Shown: piece by piece, positions 49,974 through 63,524 of the stretch
Numbering within the stretch: the stretch's first letter is position 1
How the letters are laid out: the number at the start of each line of letters is the position of its first letter
Assembly: GCF_001194135.2 (NCBI RefSeq)
Contig: NC_069000.1
Coordinates: forward strand, 7,393,559 to 7,457,558
DNA: 64,000 nt
Direction of reading: 5' to 3'
Source: Octopus bimaculoides
Taxonomy: Eukaryota
Program-made: the position numbers and the translations under genes
Notes under the pieces: generated by a model
What the model saw: only the letters and a program-made list of their open reading frames with translations
Databases searched by the model: none
Told to the model about the DNA's origin: nothing

Positions 49974-51141
49974 GCCTAGATCATTGAATTCTAAATTAAT
50001 GAGATCTGTATTGACACAGTATTGTAATTAGAGAGTAACTAGAAGGAAGTGAAGATAATGACTATAACAGGACATGAACTTGTGATCTTACTGTTTGTTA
50101 TTCAGCAGTTTTAACCTGATAGCTACAGAACTTATATCTGTACTAGAATGAGATAGCAGGCTAGTGGATGGAGATAAACCTCCTGTTTGTGATATAGCAC
50201 ATTGTACAACTATGGCTGTTCCACCATAGAATCTAATGTCATTTCTAATCATCACCACTACCACCACCACCATCATCATCATCATCATGACTATAATGGT
50301 TATATCAGCATTAACAACTTGTTACAAAACATCTGTGCGTTGTGTAAATTACCAATATCAGCAGCATCATTCTCCAATTTTATTCTTGCTACTGTCCATG
50401 GAGTGACTAAGCTGGTGAAATATTTTCTCAAAGAACTGTACTAAGGGAAAAAGAAAACCAAAAAAAAAAAAGAAAAAAAAAAACCAAGACCCATACTTAA
50501 CTATGTAGCCTTCATGCAGAAGGCAGCTCTGGGTGTCCCTCTCCACCTCATTATTAAGCAACGCCTGAATAATGAACTCCCTGCAATACAACCTCTGTTG
50601 TTGTAGTACAACAGGGCTGCAGTTGAAATTGACTTAGCTTCTAAACCCCACACTTGGTTCCTCTTTGCATCTAAAACAATTCCTTTATATCTCATTAGGC
50701 GACCGTTCTCACACAGTTGGCCTTATATCATTGGTAGAGAACTAGAAATTGCTTATTACAATCATTATTATTATTATTGCTATGTTTTTTTGTTTTTGTT
50801 TTTTTTTGTTCTTGTGGATTTTCTTTTTGCCATTGGCTGTTATAATTGAATATTCCTCACTAGCTAAGCAAATTAAGACCTTGATACAGCCATTAAGCTA
50901 ATTATCAGTAATTCCTGTTTGAAATATATTTTGAGAATTGGTTGGCTGAGGGGCTGAGAAAGTTCCACATTTCGTCCTGTTTCAGGGTTTTGGTATTACG
51001 CTGTAGGAAGAAGAGGAGAAGGAGTGCTGCTAATTAGTGCTAAGTTGTTCTGTTGCTGCTATTTATAGCTTCCTTCTCACATTTCTTTGTGTGTATTTCT
51101 ATTGCAGTGGTACATATCTTGCTGTGGTTACACTGCCATAA

Positions 51142-51198
<57 letters not shown>

Positions 51199-53474
51199 GT
51201 TGTTCAGAGCTTTGAAGCAAGAAGGGTTCATCATCATCATCTCTTATTCTGTGCATGATTTGGACAGGCCTATAGAATGGTTCAACGCCAATTCTTTATA
51301 CATTGTAAATGACAGTGTCATTGGTTAAAGATTTCTAGTTGACCAATCAATGGTCCACAGCATTTCTAATAGCAGACAAGAGAACATCTAGAAATTGGTT
51401 AGAGGACTTTCCTCTTGCAAAGTATTTCCTTCAAATAGCCCTTGTTTTTCCAATGTTATACACAGCAAAAGCTATAACTGATTTACCTTAGACCATCGAT
51501 GACTTTTCTCCACTATTTTCAACTCTGGGCTGTTCTTTGAATTATCATGGATTAGTGGTTAGGGTATTTGGTTTATGATTGTAAGGTCATGAGTTCAATT
51601 CTCAGTAGTGCATTGTGTCCTTCAGCAAGACACTTATTTTATTGCTCCAATCCACTCAGCTGACCAGAATGAGTTGTACCTTTAACTCAAAGGGTCAGCC
51701 TTGTCACATTCTGTGTCATGCTGAATCTCCCTGAGAACTATGGTAAGGGTATGCATGTCTGTGGAGTGCTCAGCTATTTGCATGTTAATTTTACAAGCAG
51801 ATCAACTGGATCCCTTGTCATCGTGACTGACGGAGTGCCAAAATATATATATGTAATGCAAAAAACACCTTACAGACTGATTTGTCAAATGAAATAGAAA
51901 TCAAATTAAAATAGTTATTCTTTCAGTACCAGGCTATGCAGGTCCTATATTAACAAACCATGGATGATCTCATCCAGCTGCAATTTCACACAATGAAGTC
52001 AGATCCTGGTTGGGATTATTTCACTTCATCTTTTTGTAGAAACATTAACCATAGTAATCAACAAAGGAGCCTCTACATTGTCACTTGATCTACTAGAAAT
52101 GGCAGCCTAAAGAAGTAAGGGACATTGGATAAGTTCTGGTTTCATACTGTCTACAAAAATATAGGATGGTCGTGTTTGGAATGTCTTGATCATATGTCTA
52201 CTGTATCAAGGTTAAATATAACAAACAACACAGCAAATTTCTGGTTTTGCCGCCATTAATAAACAGATGTTCATATGCTGATGTTGATGATAGTAGTTAA
52301 TTCGCCTTCGAGACTGATTTCTCTGAGTAAATGGTAGATTCTGTTGTATTCCATTAAGTTGTAGAATTTGATTATTATAGTCATTAAGCTAACGAGTGTT
52401 TCATTAGAGTTATTACTTGGGTTACAATGGGCGAGATTTAAACTTCAATTAAGTCTATTGTATATCGAGTCCACTCACTCACCCATCACCACCACCACCA
52501 CCACTGCTGCTGCTGCTACTGTTTGGACTGCAACATCATGCAGCATGCCCACTCCACCCCACTTCACCACCAACCACTCCACCCTACCCTGCCACCCACT
52601 ATATCTCCCCTACCCTGCCGACCCACTCCACTATACTACCTCGCTTCCACGCGATACCCTAGATATACTGTGTTTCACTCTGGTTAGGTACCACACTCTA
52701 CACACCGACAGTGTTTCACTCTATTAAGTTTATTATTAAACGGAGGTACAACAATGGACAAAATTTAGTGTTTAAAATGTCAATTTTCATACCACCACCA
52801 CCACCAACAGCAACAAAACAACTTCCTACTTATATCTCTTCTAGCTACCATCCATTACCATCATATGTCCATACCACCATCATATGTCTCTACTACAACC
52901 ATTACTCACTTCTATTTTGTACCATCACATTCTTAACACTACTATCACCTAACCCTACTCCAGCTACCATCCACCACCATCATCTAACCACTACTTTAGT
53001 CACTATCAACTTCTATCACCTGTCCATACCACCATCATCTACTTCTACTCTGCCACGTATGTGCCAATGTTAACCTATCAATGACACGTTTCCAGTATTC
53101 ACAATGTTAAGGCTGAGATATGGCAATCATACAATGTGGACAGGAAGAGTTGACTGGTGGCATAGAACAGGTGACTAGTGGGAAAATAAAGTGGGATGGG
53201 ATATGGAGGATGGGTGACATGGGGAAATGGTTTCAAGGAGAGGGATAACTGGTAGCAAATAAGGGAGGTGAAATATGTAGTCCTGTTCTTATAAAATTGC
53301 AGCAGCTGAATAGTGCCATGATTAGGAGAATGATGGAGGGACGGGTAATAGGAATTCATCTAATTTTTGTCTAATTACACTTTGTTGTACATCTACACTG
53401 TTGTTGCACATGTAGCGGAGCATTCTAACCTCATTTCTTTCTAGTTTTCACCTGTTCTCTACATTCAAAACTCA

Positions 53475-53910
53475 TGCTTCGCTTATTGAAAAACCCATGG
53501 ATTCCAGGTTTTGCTTCCACACCTGGAATTATTTTCCCAATTTCACCATGGATTCAGCTATAAGAAGTGTTCCCATGGGCAATTGGTCTTAAACTCCTTT
53601 TTTATGGCCTGGAGGACAATGATAAATAGGAGGGGACCAAGAGGTGAACCCATTTGGACTTCAGTCTGTACACTAAAGTCATTACTACAATCATTGCTAA
53701 CTCTCACCTTACTGACAGCACTCCAGAACATGGCTTGGATGGCTCTCACCAGCCATTCAGCTACTACTAGCTTTTGCAGTAATCACTTGATCAGGAAGCA
53801 AGGGACCCTGTTGGAGGCTTTTTCTAGGTCAATAAATACCAAGTATAATGGCTTTCAACTAAATACTTCAGCAATTATTAGAAAGAAGGCATCAGTAGTA
53901 CTTGTCTCTG
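53475..53910 (-). mobile_element. Decayed RTE-clade reverse transcriptase fragment
   Basis: STTDAFF...KPLYLVFIDLEKASNRVP...EWLVRAIQAMFWSAVSKVRV...GSPLGPLLFIIVLQAIKKEFKTNCPWE; in-frame stops. Confidence 0.88.
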
Positions 53911-54304
53911 GCAAATACATGGAATTGATTAATCTTGTATTATTTGATACATCAGCCCCATCGAGGCTATGACTTGTACTGCAGTCTGCAACTATTACTG
54001 ATATATTTCTGTAGCAGTACTTCTTCGAATTTGATGGGGAAACTCCCCAGAGATGGAACTTTGCAAGAAATTTAATTCCAACTAATGCTGAAAAGCTGAT
54101 TCAATATTAGGAGTTGGATAGGAGTCCAAACAAATGATGTGAATCGCTCCAGATATGTACATCTCTGCTTTTCCTACGACTACAATAAACTACTTACTAC
54201 CACCATGTGAAGTATACTCTAATACACCCTGCTCAGTTTCTGTATTTCAATAAATAGTGGTGGAAAACTATGCATAGACCATTTCTGAGATTGAAACTTT
54301 GACA

Positions 54305-54849
54305 TACATCAAGTGCTTGGAGGAGGTTGTGCTGCCCTAGGTCAAGAGGGTGGCTGCTGGAAGACCCTATGTCTGGCAACTGGACCCTGCACCATGCCAT
54401 AGAAGCAGAAGAACCCAGTCATGGCTATCAGACAATTTCTGTGACCACATCACCCCTAACATCTGGTCACCTAACTCCCCAGACTGCATCTCCTTTGATT
54501 ATTATGTGTGGGGTGCAGTTGAGCAAGAGACCAACAAGACTCCTTGTAACACCAAAGATGAACTGAAGGCAAGGATTATGGTAGCATTCACCAATTTAAA
54601 CAACTCAAAAGAGTTTCAGGAGATTCCGAAGTCGTCTGGAGGCCGTGGTTGAAGCTAATGGTGACTTTATTGAATAAATTTACTCTTTAGTATTTCAAGA
54701 TATTTTAATGTAATTTTAGTAAATATATCTGTTAAAATGAGATGTCAGTGTTGTTTTCATTTTTGTGTAATTTNNNNNNNNNNAAATGAGATGTCAGTGT
54801 TGTTTTCATTTTTGTGTAATTTAGATGATAGTTTATTCACCATACCCTG
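54305..54849 (+). mobile_element. 5'-truncated Tc1/mariner element of the maT (DD37D) type with right TIR
   Basis: YIKCLEEVVLP*VKRVAAGRPYVWQLDPAPCH...WSPNSPDCISFDYYVWG...RSRLEAVVEANGDFIE*; 37 residues between the last two catalytic Asp; ends ...ccctg|TA. Confidence 0.88.
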
Positions 54850-57043
54850 TACACACACACACACACATGTACACACACATTCACAGTATACAATGACATA
54901 TATCATTGTATAAGCTTGATAGATATGAACAATATTCTATAACACTGACATCTTCAGACATTTTAAACTATTTTCTATGGATTTGAACTCCTGTCTCTAG
55001 AGTTGATAATTTACGTTACCCATGCAACCATTTTACATTTATGAACACACCTGACAAGTTCTCTGGTTCACACTTCCTCTATCTTAATTGCTAGGTTACT
55101 GATTGTTCTCTGAGCACCCAGCTGTGTCTACTCACAAAGTTACACACACTTCAACCATCACTGTTGCTAATACACTACTGCTACAACTAATACCTCCTGC
55201 ATTGTTGTGCATCCACACACTTCATCTCAACCAATCACATCCTGGTTTCTCTTCACAAGCTCTTCTAAACACTTCACTCAGAAATCAAAACAGGATGCTG
55301 TTGATTTGATGCCAGCATATGTATTCCAAGAGGATTGGTTAAAAGGCTCTGCCTTCCTATATACTGCTACATTCTACTTGTTTGCTGTTTCTCAGATTTC
55401 TCAGATTTCACTGAGTTTTCAGTTCAACAGTGTTACAAAGACTCTCTTAGATAACAAAACTACAATGGTGTTGGTGTTAGAATATTATCAATACCAAATT
55501 GAGACAGAAAAGTCACAGCAACCCACTGACCTGAACTGAAATTGCAAATCCATCAATTGCTGGGTCATATTTTACCAATTCACTCTAAGAACCTCTCTTA
55601 CTGTGAAAGTAACCGAAAAATAGATTTAAATTAATTAGTTTGAGTAGAAGGAGTAGCAGGTACTTGCTAATATAATTGACAGTAAGATCTTAAATTGCTG
55701 CTTATTGTGTTTCTAGTTAATTTATAAAATACAATGATATTGATGGATGGTATGTTGTGATGCGTCTGGTAGTTAAGTTGAAAGTGAAAAGGTAGGGTTA
55801 GTTGTGATTGATCTTTTTGTTCATTATTGGATGTTTATAACGAGGGTGACAGGGTGTCACTCTGCGCTTACTTTAGCTTCAGTTTTACTTTCAGGGTTTA
55901 CCACTGGTGTGGGTGTGTGATTTTACATCTATATTTAAAGATTTCATACAGCCAGCCACATTAGAAAGCAGTTGTGTGTGTGTGTGTGTTAGATATATGT
56001 TCATTGTTGTTGCTACAAAACTAAAGACCAATTACAACAACAAGCCAGTCAGAATACAACATAAAATAAAACAATTTTGGTTGTATTGTTATTATTATTG
56101 ACTGTTTTTTTTTTCATTACATGGATGTTGCCATGTTACCTAATGTCTGTGTGTTTGAGTAATTACTTTTCTAGTTGGATGGACTCTGATAACCATTGAA
56201 CTGTGAAGTAAGGAGTGGTGCTGCCTTGTTTATTCTGTTCAGCCATGTAAACTGGAGTAATATGAGTGGGATACGTTTAATTGCCATGGAAGAATTTAAC
56301 ATTTCAGTGCACCTGTCCTTCATCTGTGGGTGAGGAACACGGAAAGTGGTCGAGCACTTGACCTTTGTTTTGGAATAGATGTAAGGAAGAGTAAGGAAAG
56401 CAGTATGGACTATTAAATTTCTAAGGGGAAGGGGAGTTACTCTAAACTTTTTTTTTTAATATTGATGTGGTTTTTTAGTAAGTTTGCTCCCCAACCACAA
56501 GGCTCTGGGTTCAGTCCTACTGTGTGAAACCATGGGCAAATCTCTTTTACTATAGCCTCAGGCCAGCCAAAACCTTGTTAGTGAATTTGGAAGACAGAAA
56601 GTAACTTAGTAGTTTGGTAAAAGGGACAGGATAAGTATCAGGCTTTAAAAACATAAGTCCTGAGGTCTCTTCATTCAATTAAAATTCTTCAAGGCAGTGC
56701 CCCAGCATGGCCGCAATCTAGTGACTGAACCAAGTAAAAGATGAGAAAAAAAAAACAGTTAAAGTTGCTGGATCTTGAATATTGGGTGTATTTGTTGGCT
56801 TATTCCCAAATTTTCCTCTTGATGTTGAAATTGATATGCTTGTGCCTCAAACACAAATGTATCTTGACAAAGTGGTATGATGTCTGTGTGCCTGGCTGGT
56901 TCCTGAAAGCTCTGTATATTGGTTATATTGCAGTTAAAACAGGTTACCCATTAAACCAATATAATGTATAATTAATGGTATTTATTTACTGGTGTCCCAT
57001 CAACACAATAGCCTTACAGGCCTTGTAGACATTGACCATTTCA

Positions 57044-57258
57044 CCCTTTAATGTTCAGATTACTCCATCAAATGTAATATGTATTTATTCACATTGTTTT
57101 GAATTAATCATGCATTATCTCATAGCTTCCGGTGATGTGATTGTTTATTTTTTTAGAATGATATTGTTGGGTGGATGTGAGAGGCTGGATCTGGTCACTT
57201 TGAACATAAAGGAGGTAGAATATTTGAACCAGATATGACTGGTTTAGATGCTAAAAGG
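57044..57258. mobile_element. Same TTAA MITE family, degenerate
   Basis: ccctttaatgttcagatt...gatgctaaaagg|ttaa, colinear with 533-746. Confidence 0.75.
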
Positions 57259-57794
57259 TTAAAGGGCATGAGACTGGATTCATGAAATTACATGGGGCAG
57301 TGGTATGCAGAATATCAGAAAGACCTGAGTTTTTTTGTTTTTTTAAAAATTTATTTAAAAAAAAAATTTTGCCAGTATCCTACCAATCATTCTATCATGT
57401 TGGTGTGAGAGGATGAGTGCAATATTTAATTATGAATGATTTTCTGAAACTTCTCTTGTTTGAACTCCACTATCAATCTTTCAACTTTACCTATTCAATC
57501 ACACACACACATACACACAATAGAAATGGTAAAGTCTGGAACTGGAGTAAACTGGTGATGGTGTACAGTGGTGGCAATCTATAGACATGTTGAAGTTCAT
57601 TTGTTTCAGAGAATCAAAGATCTCTTGTTTTAGGTTTATCTCTTCATTGATAATGTGGTCTTCGTTGATAATGTGGTTTGTGCTGTCATTAATTAAGCGA
57701 AGAAACCCCTATGCATACATTCACATTTGCTCTCTTTTTAGTTTTTTTTAACAGCTGGGATTTTTTTTATTTTTATATTGTTTTGCTTTTCGTA

Positions 57795-57978
57795 AAAGCA
57801 CCTGTGCTAGTGCCGCATAAAAAGCAACTAGTCCATTCTGTAAGGTGGTTAGCATTAGAAAAGGTATCAGCTGTAGAGACCATGCCAAAAGGGACAATTG
57901 TAGCCATGGTCAGCAACTGTCAAACAAACCATCCAACCCATGCCAGCATGGAAAACGGACATTCAGTGCTGATGATAA
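57795..57978 (+). mobile_element. Family C LINE tail just upstream of the second Cbl coding exon
   Basis: ccatccaacccatgccagcatggaaaacggacattcagtgctgatgataatg. Confidence 0.7.
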
Positions 57979-58067
57979 TGATATTTTTTCTGTTATAGAT
58001 TACTTTTATATATTCCAATTCATCAATTTAATTAGTGTCTTATAATTAATTTTTTTTCGACTTTCAG

Positions 58068-58214
58068 AACCATTATTCCATGGAAATTATTTCGAGTAAC
58101 GCTGCATGAAACCCACTCCATCGGTTCTCCACTGGAAGCAATGGCGCTAAAATCTACCATAGACTTAACGTGTAATGACTACATTTCTGTTTTTGAATTT
58201 GATGTGTTTACAAG
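58068..58214 (+). CDS. CBL: Cbl second coding exon (EF-hand region of TKB), 147 nt
   Basis: ctttcag acceptor, AG|gtaagt donor; (K)[48 protein letters not shown](R); absent from the ORF track. Confidence 0.98.
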
Positions 58215-58595
58215 GTAAGTAAACATTTTTAGCTTTAGGTCAGCTCTGATCTAGCAGGTGTTCTGGTAGTTACAATCCTTTCTTTTATTCAATCATAGTG
58301 TACCTATGACTACATTATCTAATGTGTTCTAAAATAGTATGGAAATTTGAGAGTGATTTGGCTGTTAATTTAACAAGGTCAGTTGTTCATAAAGAGGCTG
58401 ACTTGTCTCTTATATTTTCTGAATTTCATGTTTGATAACTGACTAGTACAGAGTTTGAACTGTCAATGCCAATTTTTATATTAAATAAACTGGACTCCTT
58501 AAAATTTGGATGTAACTACCATAAGAATTTGCAACAAGCAAAATAGGTAGTTCTAAAATCTCTATAAAAGATGCAAGTAGCAACTCTACTGGAAA

Positions 58596-58856
58596 GTAAT
58601 GTTTGTTGCCACTTCAGCATAGCTGTTCCGTTCGGAGTGACATTACCTGCTATTTTTTTAACTCCAAGAGAACACCTCTTCCAGCTGATCAACTGGTCCT
58701 GTCAAATTGCTAGACGGTAAGGGTTTACTCCCCTGCTCGCAATATGTTGGATACAGGTTGTGTCGTTAACCAGCTGGAGAAGGTGTTCTCCTGGGGTTAA
58801 AAAATAGTAACGTCACTGCGAACAGAACAACCATTTGAAGTGGCAACAAACATTAC
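58596..58856. mobile_element. Palindromic MITE with ~95-bp inverted arms
   Basis: 58596-58693 vs 58765-58856 are diverged reverse complements (gtaatgtttgttgccacttca...tattttttaac.cca.gagaacacc). Confidence 0.85.
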
Positions 58857-59035
58857 ATTACCATAAGATTGTTTGGGGCAAATGTTTTACAAGAAGGCAT
58901 ACAACTGTGTGAGTGGTGACATACACAGTCGGATGATAATGGCATATACAGTGGTATACAGGTGGTTCTAGTGGTATATACAGTGGTATAGAATTGGACA
59001 TTTTAGAATGAATGTTTTCAAGTATTTCTTGACTC

Positions 59036-59240
59036 ATCTCTCCTAGCAAAGGTTGGTCAACAACCCAACTGGACTGACACCTTTCCTAGTAAAGGTGGGT
59101 CAATGGTCTTGCTAGGTCAAAGCTATTGTCAGGCTGTCGCCTTCCCCAGTAAAAATGTGTCAAAGGTCTTCCCAGGCTGACACCTTTCTTAGTAAAGGTC
59201 TTGTTAGGTCGATACCTTCCCTAGTAAAGGTAGGTCAATA
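59036..59240. repeat. Degenerate array of five accttt-cctagt-aaaggt motifs
   Basis: Copies at about 59036, 59079, 59139, 59182 and 59214. Confidence 0.75.
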
Positions 59241-59583
59241 ATCCCATCTGTTGTACTTTCATTGGTCACGTGTAGGTTGTGGTGATTCCATTGCCAACAG
59301 AATGACCAGTCAATGCTATTTTTACTGCTACTACCTCTCCCTCCTCAACTTGTGTTGTTGGTAGTAGGCTTCTAAAGAGTTCTGTCAGTTTGAGCACCCC
59401 TCCCTCCACCTTCTCTTTGACATAAAGGTTTGTTGTACTTCCTGACTTGGTGATCCACTTGAGTGGTGATGGTGATGGTGGTGGAATGAATTACACACAC
59501 ACTATAACACATAACTGAATTATAAAGCACACATATGCACACAGGATAAATAAATTGCATGCATACACACACAACCTACATAG

Positions 59584-59619
<36 letters not shown>

Positions 59620-59631
<12 letters not shown>

Positions 59632-59780
59632 ACTAACATGGTTCACACACACACCACTAACACGGTTCACACACACACACACACTACTAACACGGTTCAC
59701 ACACACCACTTACACAGTTAACACACACACATACCACTTACACAGTTAACACACATACATACCACTTACACAGTTAACAC
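59620..59780. repeat. (CA)n-spaced minisatellite with two successive unit variants
   Basis: Three cactaacacggttca-type units, then three cacttacacagttaa units. Confidence 0.85.
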
Positions 59781-62142
59781 ACACACACACACACACAATT
59801 TGTAAATAACACAACACAGGATATACAAATACATGCAGCATACAGAGTACAAACACACACACACACACACACAACATGAAGAAATTGTTGAAAAAAAGAA
59901 TCTTGTGCTCATCATCATCATCATCACCAGTATTATTAGTCATTGTTCATCTCAGTTGACTGAGAGAGAGAGAGAGAGAGAGAAAGAGTTACAACTAAAA
60001 GACAGAGACAATAAACTACCATCTCAGAGAGAGAGAGAGAGAGAGAGAGAATGAGAGAGTGAGACCATCAGACAAAGAGGGCAGGGTAAAGTTAAAAGAG
60101 AGAGAGAATAAGATAAAGCTACCATCTTAATTGACGATGACTTTTACATTAATATCCTGGTCATGTTATTTATTTTTATAACTTTATTATAATAAAACAT
60201 TAATTAGCTAATTAGTGAGAGTTCTTTAGTTTAATAAACTAATTCCAGATTTGCTGAATCTTTGCCACATTTAATATTCCATGAACAATGTCTGTCTGTC
60301 TGTCAATCTCTCTTTAAAAAATGGTTTTTGAAATAGAAATATTTTAAGCACTGTTTTCTTGTATTCTTTGTTTAAGGTGCATGTGTTTATTGTAGGGATG
60401 GGTCAGCTAGGTTTATAAAGCCAAACATAGTCATGAGTTGTTTGAGAACTGGGATTGGTACAGTGGTACCAAGGAAGCTAGGTTAAGAAGAATCGGTGGG
60501 TTTTTTATTTCCATCACTGATTCTGTGTTTGGTACCGCCATTTCAAACAACTCCTGGGGGCTTTTTTCTCTCTGGTTCTAAATGCTACGCAAGGGCTGAC
60601 TTAGTCATTTGTTCATCAAGTTATTGTTGTTGCTGTTTAACCCAAGGTCAACTATAATTGAATCACATCAATAGTAATCCAACCATGACATTTTCTCCAG
60701 AATATCTGCACCTGCAAAAGTTGATTGGTACTTTCATGTTTAAGGCTGTAAGGTGTTATTTGATAGAAATTTGGCTGCTATTTCTAATGGATCAAGTAAC
60801 CACATAAAGGTTCCATTGATAGTTTGGAAGTTGATAAACTAAATTACCAAAGACAGGATTGATGGGAATGATGGGAAGTGGTGAGAGTTAGTTTCCCCCT
60901 CCTCACACACCTTCACTTAGACAATTCTTCCAGTGTACAGACATATGAAGGGAAGATAAGGAAGTACAAAAAAAATGTTCACCAAAAGTTGAATGAATGG
61001 TGCTGATTGACATCATGTTGTGTCCCCCCCCCCCACCACACTATATACCACCTTTCTCATCTTACTGATTCAGCCCTAGGCTATGCTGTCCTACGTCAGT
61101 GGAATTTACAATTTTACTGATAACTTTCACCAAAACCTCAGAGCTGGGACCTGACACTTCCTCAAGACATGCAATGTTCAAATAAGAAAGACAAACAAAA
61201 CAAAACAAAACAAATTCCTTCCTACAATTTACCAATGCTAAGAAGAGATCTGCCAGCCACAACACCACAACACCCACCTGTTCATGGTAAACTCTTCTAC
61301 AAGTGGTGCCAATGGAAGAACTCCCAGCAGGAAGTAACTCAACTGAACGTATTCTTTGAGAGATAATTGGTGAAACTCCAATTGGTGCTGGAAAGCAAGT
61401 GGGTGGATGTCTGGCAGAGAAGTGGAGAATAATACTAAAGTAGTTATTTGTTGGTTAAGAGGGTCAGTGTTCGAAGTGTTGGATGACTGAGTCGAAGAGT
61501 TGTGAGTTCAAAACCTTCCCCTGTTGTAGTAATAGGTTTTTTTTTCCTTTAGACAAACCACAAAACTCACTTATTTCACTTTACTGAACTACGAAACACA
61601 CACACACACTCACTGGAGACAAACTAAGGAGTCTCTGTATGGTTACTAGACTTACTCAAAATATCACAATATAGTGTTAATTCTTCAGCTGTGAAATTAA
61701 ATTTCATCATTATTCCAATAATGTTAAATTTCTATCAAAAAATAGAATTGGTATTTTCTACAAATCCTGTGGCCTTAGTAAACTTGACATATCTCAACAA
61801 AAAAAAAAAAGGTTTCAAACATGAAAGATAAACTGGTATATGTAACTATAAAGTTACTTTCCACAGTTAAGAGTAATGAAATTTTGAGTGGATGTACCTA
61901 TTTCCCACAGGAAAAGGGTTAAATAGAAAAAAAGGACATTAAATAATGTAGATGAGCATATCTTTATACAAACAAGATGGTTACATTTCGAATGTCACAC
62001 ACTCTCTCTCTCTCTCTGTCTCTCTGTCTCTCTGTCTCTCTACTCACACATGAGTTTACCTCATTAATCTAATCACCCTGAACACGCACACACGTATCAC
62101 TGCTACACTACATACCATAACACATCTTAACTACTAGCATTA

Positions 62143-62196
<54 letters not shown>

Positions 62197-62692
62197 AAGT
62201 CCAAACCACCACCACTACCACCATCACCACACATACTCATGAGCAGGTAGCGAGGAGTTGTGCCAAACACCAGTACACTGTGTGTGTGAATGTGTGTTGA
62301 AATAAAGAGCAGAGGTGGTGGTTACTGTTTAGCCCAAGTTCAACTCTGATCAAACAGATCAGAGGCATTCCAACTGTGACCATCCTGTCTTTGTCCTGTA
62401 TGAAGGAAACTTCATTATCCAGTGTGACCTTCATTTCAGACAGTAGGCATTATTTGAAGGAGATCTGACTACTATTTCTAGTAGGTCAAGTGATTTGCAT
62501 CAGTTGAAGTGACTGATGAGCTGTGAATGAATGCAATCAGAGCAAATCTATTGGAAATGTCCCTGTCAGGTGTATTGATTTGTTCCAGTAACACTGAAGT
62601 CAGTCATATATAATAAGACTGCAGAATAATGTCTAATCACATCTATATATATTTTGTATAACCTCTGTGTGTGTGTGTGTGTGTGTGATCAT

Positions 62693-62915
62693 CACCACCA
62701 TCATTTTAACGTCCACTTTTCCATGCTTGCATGGGTCAAACAAAGTTTATTGAGACAGATTTTCTATGACTGGATGCCCTTCCTGTTACTGACCCTCATC
62801 TGTTTCTAAGCTAGGTAATTTACCCCATGGCCGGACATGTTTTTGTGGGATATTGGACGAGAATGGCACTACTTGTATGGTAGTGACAGTCATTTTTGCC
62901 ACTGTCATGTGATGC
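62693..62915 (-). mobile_element. Family C LINE tail
   Basis: catcattttaacgtccacttttccatgcttgcatggg...ctggatgcccttcctg. Confidence 0.75.
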
Positions 62916-62974
62916 TAGGACAAGGAGACACTCACATACACACACACACTCAGATACATACACAGTCACATGCT

Positions 62975-63135
62975 CACATACACACATGCTCACATACACG
63001 CGCACGCTTACATACACATGCACGCTCACATACACGTGCAAGCTCACATAAGCATGCATGCTCACATACACATACGTGCTCACATACACACACATGCTCA
63101 CATACATACGTGCGCTCACATACACACACTCACAT
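62975..63135. repeat. ~18-bp minisatellite (catacacatgcacgctca)n
   Basis: About 9 units by inspection. Confidence 0.85.
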
Positions 63136-63524
63136 ACACGACAAGCTTCTTTCAGTTTCCATTTACCAAATCCACTCGCAAGGCTTTGATTGGCCCAGGA
63201 CTAGAGTAGAAAACACATGCCCAAGGTGCCGCACAGTGAGACTGAACCCAGAAGCACATGGTTGTGAAGTAAACTTCTTGCCACACCTTCATATATATTT
63301 TTTTATTTGTATCACTCATTTGACTGCAGCTATGCTGGAGCACTCCCTTTAGTTGAACAAATCAACCCCAGGACTTTTTCTTTGTAAGCCTAGAACTTAT
63401 TCTATCGGTCTCTGGAACCTAGTGTGGCTCTTGTCAAACTGTCCAACCCATGCCAGCATGGAAAATGATGATGACATATATATATTTACATACATATATA
63501 AACTGGCTTTTCTTGCATTTCCAG

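Noticed and set aside
54735-54822. Direct 39-bp duplication flanking a 10-N gap
   Set aside because: Identical sequence on both sides of a minimal gap indicates an unmerged contig overlap, not a biological repeat.
21270-58067. Known conserved bilaterian miRNAs or a nested protein-coding gene in the large Cbl intron
   Set aside because: I recognised no mature miRNA sequence and no multi-exon coding chain by eye; absence is not proven without searches.
59036-59240. CRISPR-like reading of the hairpin array
   Set aside because: Eukaryotic intron, no cas genes, degenerate repeats, and linkers that are related rather than unique spacers.
62505-62610. CTGATGA...CTGA resembling a C/D snoRNA or hammerhead core
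   Set aside because: Terminal stem geometry does not fit a K-turn, there is no GAAA after a proper stem II, and I recognise no guide sequence.
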